The position numbers were made by a program, and so were the translations under genes. DNA of 64,000 nt, from positions 1 to 64,000 of the forward strand of contig CAWAHW010000002.1 in NCBI GenBank assembly GCA_963781885.1. The letters are read 5' to 3'. The notes below the pieces were generated by a model, which ran no database searches, was not told the origin of the DNA, and saw nothing but the letters and a program-made list of their open reading frames with translations. Positions within the stretch are counted from its first letter, which is position 1. Each line of letters opens with the position of its first letter. Source of the DNA: an uncultured Spirochaetota bacterium (GTDB lineage Bacteria > Spirochaetota > Spirochaetia > SZUA-6 > Fen-1364). Below, one piece after another: positions 38,287 to 47,096 of this stretch.

Positions 38287-39069
38287 ATGCCAACACGAAA
38301 GCGACAGGATAGGCTCAGCATCATCCTGAAAGCCGTGCGGGAGACACGCGGGGCTTCCATTCGGGAGCTGGCGGAGTCGCTCGGCGTCTCGGAGATGACC
38401 GTTCGCCGCGACCTGGAGCTCCTTGCGGCCGAATCCCGTGTCCGTTTTGTGCACGCGGGCGCCATTCCCCTGGAAAACCAGTCCGAGGGTGCTGTCGGCG
38501 ACTATTCGCTTTCCGGGACCAGGACCGCCGGCGCGGAAGAAAAGATGCGGATCGGGCAGAAGGCAGCCTCGCTCGTGGAGTCCGGCGACGTGGTGATCAT
38601 CGATTCCGGATCGACCACGGAATGGCTCGCGCGAAGCCTCTCTCCCGATCTCTCCGTGACGATACTCTGCTTCTCCCTGAACGTCCTGCTGGAGGCAGGC
38701 CGGAGCCCCCTGCGAACCATTCTCTGCGCCGGCGGCGCGCTCAACCCCGACACCCTGGTCTTCCAGGGTCCCGAAGGGCTCGACCTCGTGCGCCGCTACC
38801 GTGCCGGCAAGGCGTTCTTTTCTGCCGGGGGCGTGAGCGACCGGCTGGGGGTCACCTGCGCCGATCCCGTGGAAGCCGAGCTGAAGAAGGCGGCAATCGC
38901 CTCTTCCCAGACGAGGATACTTCTTGTCGATTCGCGCAAGTTCGCCACGGTGAAACCCGCGTGGTTTGCGGAGCTTTCCGATTTCGATGCCATCATCACC
39001 GATGCCGGTATCTCGCTGGATTTCGTCGACCTCATCCGCGACCGCGGCATCGCTCTCCACGTCGTTTAG
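38287..39069 (+). CDS. DeoR/GlpR family transcriptional regulator
   Basis: HTH 'SIRELAESLGVSEMTVRRDL', 'EKMRIGQKAASLV..IIDSGST' and 'LLVDSRKF'. Confidence 0.93.
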   Translation: MPTRKRQDRLSIILKAVRETRGASIRELAESLGVSEMTVRRDLELLAAESRVRFVHAGAIPLENQSEGAVGDYSLSGTRTAGAEEKMRIGQKAASLVESGDVVIIDSGSTTEWLARSLSPDLSVTILCFSLNVLLEAGRSPLRTILCAGGALNPDTLVFQGPEGLDLVRRYRAGKAFFSAGGVSDRLGVTCADPVEAELKKAAIASSQTRILLVDSRKFATVKPAWFAELSDFDAIITDAGISLDFVDLIRDRGIALHVV

Positions 39070-40064
39070 GTGCGGCCCTCGCCGGCGATGGTGCGCGCCT
39101 GGTCCAGGAGATCCTCCGTCTCCTTGATCCAGAATGCCTCGCTTCCCCAATCGGGAAAGCTTCCCCGAAACCAGGCATCGTTTCTCTGCCGGGCGCGCCA
39201 GGCGAGGAAGTAGATCATGCGCATGAATCGCAGGGGCTCGACGAGGCGCAGCGTGGAGATGTCAAACGGGGCGAATTGCTCGTAGCCTTCCAACAGCAGG
39301 TTGAGCTCGCGTCTGCTCTCGGCGGCGTGCCCGGGGAGCACGAGCCACAGGTCCTGCACCGGCGGGCCCATCATCATGTCGTCGAAATCGATCAGCGCGA
39401 GCCCCGTGCCCGGCCGATCGATGATGTTCGCGCGATGGCAGTCGCCGTGTATCCTCTGGAAGCGCACGCCCTCGAAAAGCGGGGCGATGACCTGAAGCGT
39501 GCTCTCACAGGTCTCCTGCCACTTGTCGACGTGGTCGGGATGGACCAGCCCCTCGGAAAGGAGCTCCTCGACGAACGATGCCGTCAGGAGCGCCGGGCTG
39601 CAGACCACGCGCGCAGGGGCATCGCGACGGGCGCCAGCCGCGTGGCAGCGTCCCAGCAGCGCGCCGAGACGCAGGAAGTCATCGTCGGTTTCAGGCTCGA
39701 ACGTGCGGCCGCCGATTCGCGGGAACACCGCGAAGAGAAACTCCCCGCCGCCGTCATCCGCGGGCGCGCCCACCGCGTGGAGAGTCTGGCCGTCGCGGTC
39801 GCGCAACGGCGCGATCACGGGGATCTCGGAGTCCGCGCAGTCCAGGAGAAAGGCGTGCTCGTCGCGTATTGCCTCGGGCGTCCATCGGCCGGGCCGATAG
39901 AATTTTGCCACCAGCCGTTCCCCGTCTTCCGCGCGCATTCCGTAGACCCGGTTGACGTAGCTGTGGTAGGACTCCAGCGTCCCGTCCAATGCGCGGCCGG
40001 TTGCGCTTTCCACTGCGCGGATCGCGATCTCGGGTGAGAGCTGGTCGAATGATCCTGTCTGCAT
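39066..40064 (-). CDS. srkA: Stress response Ser/Thr kinase SrkA/RdoA (YihE) family
   Basis: 'SYVNRVY', 'VAKFYRPGRW..I.DEHAFL', 'RIHGDCHRANI', 'IDFDD..GPPVQDLW' and 'AW.ARQRND..F...FP'. Confidence 0.85.
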   Translation of the reverse strand: MQTGSFDQLSPEIAIRAVESATGRALDGTLESYHSYVNRVYGMRAEDGERLVAKFYRPGRWTPEAIRDEHAFLLDCADSEIPVIAPLRDRDGQTLHAVGAPADDGGGEFLFAVFPRIGGRTFEPETDDDFLRLGALLGRCHAAGARRDAPARVVCSPALLTASFVEELLSEGLVHPDHVDKWQETCESTLQVIAPLFEGVRFQRIHGDCHRANIIDRPGTGLALIDFDDMMMGPPVQDLWLVLPGHAAESRRELNLLLEGYEQFAPFDISTLRLVEPLRFMRMIYFLAWRARQRNDAWFRGSFPDWGSEAFWIKETEDLLDQARTIAGEGRT

Positions 40065-40169
40065 TCTTTGCGCCGTGCATCTTATAGCACGGGAGGCCGC
40101 CCCGGAGAAGCGGACGGTCTCCGGCGCCCATTGAAACGCGTTCGCTGTTGCTGGCATGATCCGGCCACC

Positions 40170-41036
40170 ATGAAATACGCCCGCCCCGTGACCGATCTCA
40201 TCAAGGAGCGCTTTTCCTGCCGCACGTACTCTGCCGCGCCGATCGACCCGGCCTGCAAGATACGGCTGGTGGAGGCTGCCGCCGGCATGAACGCCGGCCC
40301 GCTCGGCGATCCCCTGCGCTTCCTGCTCGTCGCTGCCGCGGCGGACGACGCGTCCGAGCTGCGAGGCCTGGGAACATACGGTTTCATCCACGGCGCTTCG
40401 GGTTTCCTGATCGGGGCAGCCCCCACGCAGGGGCCAAGCCTGGAAAGCTTCGGCTACGCGATGGAAGAGCTCGTGTTGCTGGCAACGGACCTCGGCCTGG
40501 GCACCTGCTGGTTGGGCGGCACGTTCCGCCGCAGCTCGTTCTCGCGACGCATCGCACGACGACGCGGCGAGTGCATCCCGGCGGTCATTGCCCTTGGCGT
40601 GATTTCCGACCTCGCCGCGGCGCGCGGCGGGGCTTTGCGGACGAGGGTTGGCGGCAGCAGGCGCCTGGCATGGGACAAGCTCTTCTTCGACGGCAGCTTC
40701 GGCGCGCCGCTCACCCCGGAGGCTGCCGGGGCACTTGCGGAGCCCCTGGAGATGCTGCGGCTCGGGCCTTCAGCCTCGAATCGGCAGCCGTGGAGGGTCG
40801 TCCGGCAGGGGAGCGCACTTCACTTTTTCCTCCAGCGCGCCCGGGGGTACAGGGGCGGCTTCCTCTGGCGGCTTCTCCGGGTCGTCGATATCCAGCGCGT
40901 CGACATCGGCATCGCCATGTGCCACTTCGAGCTGGCCGCCCGGGAGCAGGGACTGAAGGGCTCCTGGGTTGCGCGCGACACGGGCATTGCCCGACCCGAC
41001 TCCCTCACGGAATACGCGATCAGCTGGCAGCCCTGA
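40170..41036 (+). CDS. Nitroreductase family protein (two-domain, TM1586-like)
   Basis: 'RFSCRTY', 'GYAMEELVLLATDLGLGTCWLGGTF', 'PSASNRQPWR' and 'DIGIAMCHFEL'. Confidence 0.88.
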   Translation: MKYARPVTDLIKERFSCRTYSAAPIDPACKIRLVEAAAGMNAGPLGDPLRFLLVAAAADDASELRGLGTYGFIHGASGFLIGAAPTQGPSLESFGYAMEELVLLATDLGLGTCWLGGTFRRSSFSRRIARRRGECIPAVIALGVISDLAAARGGALRTRVGGSRRLAWDKLFFDGSFGAPLTPEAAGALAEPLEMLRLGPSASNRQPWRVVRQGSALHFFLQRARGYRGGFLWRLLRVVDIQRVDIGIAMCHFELAAREQGLKGSWVARDTGIARPDSLTEYAISWQP

Positions 41037-41058
41037 CGGGGGGCCGGCAGCGGAAGGC

Positions 41059-42406
41059 TTATGCGCCGTTCCTGTGCATCTTGTGGATCTGGTAGCTCGC
41101 CTTCAGGCCCTTCAGGCTGGTGACGAACGGGTCGTCGACCCAACCCTTTGACGCGAGATACGTCTTCGCGTCGCCCTCGGTGAACAGGGCGTGGGAGGCC
41201 ATGATGTCCCGGCCGTCCGAAAGACCCTGCACGCGCGCGGCGATGTTCACCGTGGTGCCGAAATAGTCGATGCGGTCATTGAGCGTCACCGCGATGCAGG
41301 GGCCGTGGTGGACGCCCACCTTGATGACGATCGAGTTCTTGAGCTTCTTTGCCGTATCCAGGTCGTCGAAGGCATCGATCATCTCCACCGCGGAATGCAC
41401 CGCATCCCGGGGGTCCACGAACACGGCCATCACCGCGTCACCGATGGTTTTCACGATGCCGCCATTATTCTGCTTGACGATCCTCTCCATGATGTAGAAA
41501 TGCTCCTTCACCAGGGCGAATGCCTGCGTATCGCCCAGGCGCTCGTAGAGCTCCGTGGAGCCCTTGATGTCGGTGAAGAGGAAGCCGAGATTCTCGATGG
41601 AGAATGTCTCATTGAGGGAGAGCATTTCCGATGAGAAGAGGTCGCGGAACTCCTGGAGGCTGGAGACGACTGCCGCGGTGGGCCACCGCGGCGGGCTGAT
41701 GCGAAAGAAGTGCATTTCCCGCGCCTCCGCGATCTTGTTCGTGATCACCAGCTCCGCTTTCCCCGGCCGGGCCTTCACCACGACCAGCGGGGGCTGCCCG
41801 GACACGTACCCCATGGCGAGCTTCTGCACGGAGGGCGATTTCTCCCCCATCACCGCAATATTGAAGACCTTTTCGTCTTCATCAATGGTGACGAAGTAGT
41901 TGCCCGGCTTGAGCTCTGTGGAGAGGAAATGGCTTTTCCCTGGATCGAGCTCGAATGGTGACGCCCGGCTCCGTTTCGAATCCGGCCATGACCTGTCCGA
42001 AGAAGCCGACCTCCGCCGGTTTTATCACCGCGGGGTTGGGCGCGAAGCTCACCTCCAGATTCGTGTCGAATCCCGCGTCAAAGGGGATTGAGCAAAAATC
42101 GCAGTGGTCGGCGTGCCGCAGGCTCTGCAGCGAATCCGAGCGCTGGGTCGCTCCCTTGCAGGAGGGGCAGTGTATGGTCCAGGAGAGGTTGAGGAGGCCG
42201 CCTTTGGTGAGGTGGAGCATCGCCTTCAGCGCGGCCATGCGGTTGATGCCGCGTTCTGCGGCGATCCGCCAGGGGTTGATGTTGTACAGGCGTGCATCTT
42301 CTGCCGTCAGAAGGAAATCGCGGACGACATCCACGACGGCGGCCGGTGCGAGCGTGCGCGTCTTTGAGATCTTCTCGTCGAATGACTTCTGGTTCAGGAT
42401 CTGCAT
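41059..42406 (-). CDS. DUF5939-adenylate/guanylate cyclase (class III), +1 frameshift near 41953
   Basis: The N-part has 'W..HCPSC..CDFC..EVSF'. The C-part has 'LFTDIKGSTELYERLGD', 'VKTIGDAVMA' and 'DYFGTTVNIAARVQ'. Removing one base at GVTI/ELDPG gives one continuous frame. Confidence 0.85.
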
Positions 42407-42471
42407 CCGGATTCCTCCTGTCCTTGTGAAGGTAGTTCCGCCCTTGTCGCCCGGTCAATGCACGATCCCTG

Positions 42472-42515
42472 TTGACGAAGGATAAGTCAATCAATATATT
42501 AAGTTAGCTTATATA
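42472..42515 (+). promoter_or_regulatory. Sigma70 promoter with overlapping inverted repeat (putative MarR operator)
   Basis: TTGACG-N17-TATATT. The imperfect palindrome TATATTAAG-TTAG-CTTATATA overlaps the -10/+1 region. Confidence 0.65.
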
Positions 42516-42531
42516 ATAAGAGTGGTTGAAT

Positions 42532-43197
42532 ATGCAGGACAATAACGACCTTGTGCGGGAGATCCGTCGTTGGATGGAGATCTTGATCATGCGTTCGATG
42601 CACGGCATGTCACATTTTGCCCGCTCGACGGGCCTGTCGATGCCGCAGTTCAGCCTTCTGATGCGGCTCTACCACGGGGGCACCTGCGACGTGCAGGATA
42701 TCGGGCGTCACTTCGACGTGTCCAGCGCGGCGGCCAGCCAGCTCGTGGACCGGCTCGTCCAAAGCGGTTTCGTGGTCCGGCAGGAGAGCCCCGACGACCG
42801 GCGCGTACGCATGATCGCGCTGGACGAGCGCGGCCGGGCGCTCGTCGCGCAGGGCATTGAAGAACGCTACCGCTGGGTGGATGAGCTGGTACAGGAGCTG
42901 CCGGCAGAACGGCGCGCCGCCATCCTGGAAGCTTTGCCGGCGCTCATGGAGGCCGAAAAGAAGCTTTCCCAGATGGAAAAGGGCAGGACGCTCCGAGGGG
43001 CACACGGCGCACCGCACGAGAGCCATGTGGCACTTGGCGATGCTGTGGATCGGACCACCGGTGCAGATTCCGCGTCCCGCGGTGTTGAATCCGCGTCCCG
43101 CGATGCCGAATCCGCGTCCCGCGATGCCGAACCCGCGTCCCGCGATGCCGAACCCGCGTCCCGCGATGCAATAAAGACGCCGCGTGCGCGTCAATAA
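42532..43197 (+). CDS. MarR family transcriptional regulator with repetitive C-terminal tail
   Basis: 'GLSMPQFSLL', 'VSSAAASQLVDRLVQSGFVVR..DDRRVR.I.L..RG'. Confidence 0.9.
   Translation: MQDNNDLVREIRRWMEILIMRSMHGMSHFARSTGLSMPQFSLLMRLYHGGTCDVQDIGRHFDVSSAAASQLVDRLVQSGFVVRQESPDDRRVRMIALDERGRALVAQGIEERYRWVDELVQELPAERRAAILEALPALMEAEKKLSQMEKGRTLRGAHGAPHESHVALGDAVDRTTGADSASRGVESASRDAESASRDAEPASRDAEPASRDAIKTPRARQ
43069..43169 (+). repeat. 21-nt tandem repeat, ~5 copies (YCCGCGTCCCGCGATGCCGAA), encoding (S/P)ASRDAE
   Basis: Directly visible tandem array with no spacers. Confidence 0.9.
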
Positions 43198-43215
43198 GGA
43201 CAAGGAGAGAGATCG

Positions 43216-44943
43216 ATGTTCAAGCTGTTTCGGAATCTGAAGCCGTACGCCCTCATGATCGGGGCGGTGGTTGTCCTCGTGGCAGGGCAGGCAATCGCGG
43301 AGCTGTTCCTTCCCACCCTGATGTCGGACATCGTCGACAAGGGCGTCATGAACGGTGACACGGGATACATCCTGCGCACCGGAGGCGTCATGCTTCTGGT
43401 CGCCCTGGCAGACATGGCGTGCGCCTTTATCGCCGCGTTCCTGTCGGCGCGCGCGGGCATGGGCTTCGGCCGCGACCTTCGGCGGAAGGTGTTCACGCAC
43501 GTGGAGGGCTTCTCCCTTCACGAGTTCGATATCATCGGCACGCCGTCCCTGATCACGCGCACGACGAACGACATCACGCAGGTGCAGATGTTCACCATGA
43601 TCACGATGCGCATGCTCATCATGGCTCCCATCATGGCGGTGGGCGGCGTCATCATGGCCCTCCAGAAGGACGCGAAGCTCACGTGGGTGATCGTCGTGGT
43701 CATCCCGATCATCGCCGTGGTCATCAGCATCACCGCCTCCAAGGCCATCCCGCTCTTCCGGTCCATCCAGAAGAAGATCGACCGCATCAACCTGGTCCTC
43801 CGCGAGGGGCTCACGGGGGTGCGTGTCGTCCGCGCCTTCAACCGCGTCGAGCACGAGCAGAAGCGCTTCGACGAGGCCAACCTCGACCTCACGAACGTAT
43901 CGATTCGGGTGAACAAGCTCATGGCGCTCATGATGCCCCTCATGATGCTCCTCATGAACCTCACGATGATAGCGATCATCTGGTTCGGCGCGAAGCGCAT
44001 CGACGCCGGGGGGATGCAGGTGGGCGCGCTCATGGCCTTCCTCCAGTACGCCATGCAGATCCTCTTCTCCCTGCTCATGGTGTCCTTCCTCTTCATCATG
44101 CTGCCCCGCGCCAGCGCGTCGGCAACGAGGATCAACGAGGTGCTGGCGCTGAAGCCCGGCATCAAGGATGCGGCAACCATCCGCAAGGCGGACGCTGAGC
44201 ACGGGTACATCGAGTTCCGCGACGTCACGTTTGCCTATCCCGGCGCGGAGGAGCCGGCCATCATGGACATCTCCTTCAGCGCGAAGCCCGCGGAGGTGAC
44301 CGCCATCATCGGCGGCACGGGCTCGGGGAAGTCGACTCTCGTGAATCTCATCCCCCGCTTCTACGACATCGCCTCCGGCAGCATCCTCGTGGACGACGTG
44401 GACATCCGCGACATGGGGCAGGAAGCGCTGCGGGCAAAGCTCGGCTTCGTCCCCCAGAAGGCGGTGCTCTTCAACGACTCCATCGCGAACAACATCCGCT
44501 ATGGACGGGAGGAGGCCACCGACGAGGAGGTGGCGCACGCCGCCGAAACGGCGCAGGCGCTGGAGTTCATCCTCGCCATGCCCGACGGCTTCCGCTCGAT
44601 TGTCTCCCAGGGGGGGACGAACCTCTCCGGCGGGCAGAAGCAGCGGCTCTCCATTGCACGGGCCCTCGTGCGGAAGCCCGAGATCTACATCTTCGACGAC
44701 ACATTCTCGGCCCTCGACTTCAAGACGGACGCGAAACTGCGCGCCGCCCTGCGGCGGGAAACGGCCGATGCCACGGTCATCATCGTGGCCCAGCGGGTGA
44801 ACACGGTCATGGACGCCGACCGGATCATCGTCCTGGACGAGGGACGGGTGGTCGGCATGGGAACACATCGTGAGCTCATCGGCACGTGCGAGGTTTACAG
44901 GGAAATCGTCTCCTCGCAGCTCTCAGAGGAGGAACTGGCATGA
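43216..44943 (+). CDS. Heterodimeric ABC exporter, subunit 1 (TM287-like, degenerate Walker B)
   Basis: TMD followed by 'GGTGSGKST', 'NLSGGQKQR' and 'IFDDTFSALD'. Confidence 0.92.
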   Translation: MFKLFRNLKPYALMIGAVVVLVAGQAIAELFLPTLMSDIVDKGVMNGDTGYILRTGGVMLLVALADMACAFIAAFLSARAGMGFGRDLRRKVFTHVEGFSLHEFDIIGTPSLITRTTNDITQVQMFTMITMRMLIMAPIMAVGGVIMALQKDAKLTWVIVVVIPIIAVVISITASKAIPLFRSIQKKIDRINLVLREGLTGVRVVRAFNRVEHEQKRFDEANLDLTNVSIRVNKLMALMMPLMMLLMNLTMIAIIWFGAKRIDAGGMQVGALMAFLQYAMQILFSLLMVSFLFIMLPRASASATRINEVLALKPGIKDAATIRKADAEHGYIEFRDVTFAYPGAEEPAIMDISFSAKPAEVTAIIGGTGSGKSTLVNLIPRFYDIASGSILVDDVDIRDMGQEALRAKLGFVPQKAVLFNDSIANNIRYGREEATDEEVAHAAETAQALEFILAMPDGFRSIVSQGGTNLSGGQKQRLSIARALVRKPEIYIFDDTFSALDFKTDAKLRAALRRETADATVIIVAQRVNTVMDADRIIVLDEGRVVGMGTHRELIGTCEVYREIVSSQLSEEELA

Positions 44944-46970
44944 GCGACGGACGCAACAACGGAAACGGAAACGGCAACAAGGCCGCGGCAGGCGCCCCCG
45001 CGGGAGCCCCCGCGGCAACGCCCGCGATGGGACCCGGCAGGGGACGAGGGCCGGGATTCGGCCCCGGCGGTCACCGCGGCGGCCCCATGGGCATGGGCGC
45101 GCCGGTGGAGAAGGCGAAGAATTTCGGCGCCTCCATGCGGCGGCTCGTCGGGTTCCTGAAGCCCCACATGGCAAAGCTGATCGTGGTGCTCATCCTGGCA
45201 ATCGGCAGCACGATGTTTGCCATCTTCGCGCCGAAGATCATGGGTCATGCGACCACGAAGATATTCGCCGGGCTCATGGCGAAGATGATGCACCTGCCCG
45301 GCGCGGGCATCGATTTCACGGCCATCGGCTGGATCGTCGTGGAGCTGATCGGCATGTACGTCGGCTCGGCGATCCTCAGCTACGTCATGCAGTTCATCAT
45401 GGCGGGCGTGTCGCAGCGGACGGTCTATGACATGAGGAAGCTCGTGAACGACAAGCTCGCGCGCCTTCCCCTGAAGTTCTTCGACGGCCGGACGCACGGC
45501 GAGATCATGAGCCGTTTCACGAACGACATGGACAACATCGCCAACACGCTCCAGCAGAGTCTCACGCAGATCATCACCTCGGTGGTGACCATTCTGGGGG
45601 TGATCGTCATGATGCTCACCATCAGCCCCCTGCTGACGCTCATCACGATCATCGTGCTGCCCCTCAGCTTCATCATGACGCGCATCATCGCGCCGAAGTC
45701 CCAGAAGTATTTCGCCGACCAGTGGAAGAACATCGGGGACCTGAACGGCCACATCGAGGAGATGTACACCGGGCACACCATCGTGAAGGCATTCGGCCAC
45801 GAGCGGAAATCGATCGAGACGTTCAACGAGGTCAATGAGAAGGTCTACAACGCGAGCTGGCGCGCCCAGTTCGTCTCGGGCCTCCTCTTCCCCCTCATGA
45901 CGTTCATCAACAACCTCGGCTACGTGGCAGTGGCCGTCGCGGGCGGCATCATGGTGACGCGGAAGGCAATCGCCATCGGTGACATCCAGGCATTCATCCA
46001 GTACTCGCGCCAGTTCACGATGCCCATCGCCCAGACGGCGAACATCGCCAACATCCTCCAGAGCACCGTCGCCTCCGCGGAGCGCGTCTTCGAGCTGCTG
46101 GACGAGCCGGAGGAGCAGGCGGACGACGCGAAGGCGCTCGTTCTCTCCAATCCCCGCGGCGAGGTGCGTTTCGAGAACGTGAGCTTCAGCTACAAGGAGG
46201 ATTCCCCGCTCATCGAGGGCATGAACCTCGACGTGAAAGAGGGACAGACCATCGCCATTGTCGGCCCCACGGGCGCGGGCAAGACCACCCTTGTGAACCT
46301 GCTCATGCGCTTCTACGAGATCGGGGGGGGACGCATCACGGTGGACGGAAAGGACATCCGCGACGTGAAGCGCGGGAACCTGCGGTGCACGTTCGGCATG
46401 GTTCTGCAAGATACGTGGCTGTTCAACGGCACCATCCGTGACAACATCGCCTACGGCCGCGGCACGGTCACCGACGAGGAAGTGCACCAGGCGGCCATCG
46501 CCGCGCACGCGGACCACTTCATCCGCACCCTGCCGCAGGGCTACAACACGGTCCTGAACGAGGAAGCGTCGAACATCTCCCAGGGACAGAGACAGCTCCT
46601 CACCATCGCCCGCGCGGTGCTCATCGATCCGGCCATCCTCATCCTCGACGAGGCAACCAGCTCGGTGGATACGCGCACGGAGGTCCTCATCCAGAAGGCG
46701 ATGGCCCAGCTCATGAAGGGCAGGACGAGCTTCGTGATCGCCCACCGGCTTTCCACCATCCGCGAGGCGAAGATGATCCTCGTGATGAACCATGGGAAGA
46801 TCATCGAGACGGGCACCCACAAGGAGCTGCTGGCACAAGGCGGCTTCTACGCGGAGCTGTACAACAGCCAGTTCACCGGGGCCGACATCGACGCGGAGGA
46901 GAAGGCGCGCAAGGCGCTCCTGGCGACGACCCCCGCGGTCGCGCCGAGCCCGGTCGGCGTCCGGGGCTGA
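44940..46970 (+). CDS. Heterodimeric ABC exporter, subunit 2 (TM288-like)
   Basis: TMD followed by 'GPTGAGKTT', 'NISQGQRQL', 'ILDEATSSVD' and 'IAHRLSTI'. Confidence 0.92.
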   Translation: MSDGRNNGNGNGNKAAAGAPAGAPAATPAMGPGRGRGPGFGPGGHRGGPMGMGAPVEKAKNFGASMRRLVGFLKPHMAKLIVVLILAIGSTMFAIFAPKIMGHATTKIFAGLMAKMMHLPGAGIDFTAIGWIVVELIGMYVGSAILSYVMQFIMAGVSQRTVYDMRKLVNDKLARLPLKFFDGRTHGEIMSRFTNDMDNIANTLQQSLTQIITSVVTILGVIVMMLTISPLLTLITIIVLPLSFIMTRIIAPKSQKYFADQWKNIGDLNGHIEEMYTGHTIVKAFGHERKSIETFNEVNEKVYNASWRAQFVSGLLFPLMTFINNLGYVAVAVAGGIMVTRKAIAIGDIQAFIQYSRQFTMPIAQTANIANILQSTVASAERVFELLDEPEEQADDAKALVLSNPRGEVRFENVSFSYKEDSPLIEGMNLDVKEGQTIAIVGPTGAGKTTLVNLLMRFYEIGGGRITVDGKDIRDVKRGNLRCTFGMVLQDTWLFNGTIRDNIAYGRGTVTDEEVHQAAIAAHADHFIRTLPQGYNTVLNEEASNISQGQRQLLTIARAVLIDPAILILDEATSSVDTRTEVLIQKAMAQLMKGRTSFVIAHRLSTIREAKMILVMNHGKIIETGTHKELLAQGGFYAELYNSQFTGADIDAEEKARKALLATTPAVAPSPVGVRG

Positions 46971-46985
46971 AAGCATACGATCGAC

Positions 46986-47019
46986 GAAGACCCCCGCGTC
47001 CGCGGGGGTCTTCTTGTTT
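46986..47019 (+). terminator. Rho-independent terminator
   Basis: GAAGACCCCCGCG-TC-CGCGGGGGTCTTC followed by TTGTTT. Confidence 0.8.
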
Positions 47020-47096
47020 CCGGCCCTACCGGCGGGGGTAGCAATTCCGGGCTGCATTCGGTATTTTGGCTCATCTCAAGGCAAGGGGGTCTGGAC

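Noticed and set aside
740-41960. Programmed +1 ribosomal frameshifting at the six split sites
   Set aside because: There is no shared slippery sequence or stimulatory element, and these families are not known to be recoded. Sequencing error is more parsimonious.
43069-43169. Possible CRISPR array
   Set aside because: The 21-nt units are contiguous with no spacers, lie in-frame within a CDS, and no cas genes are present.
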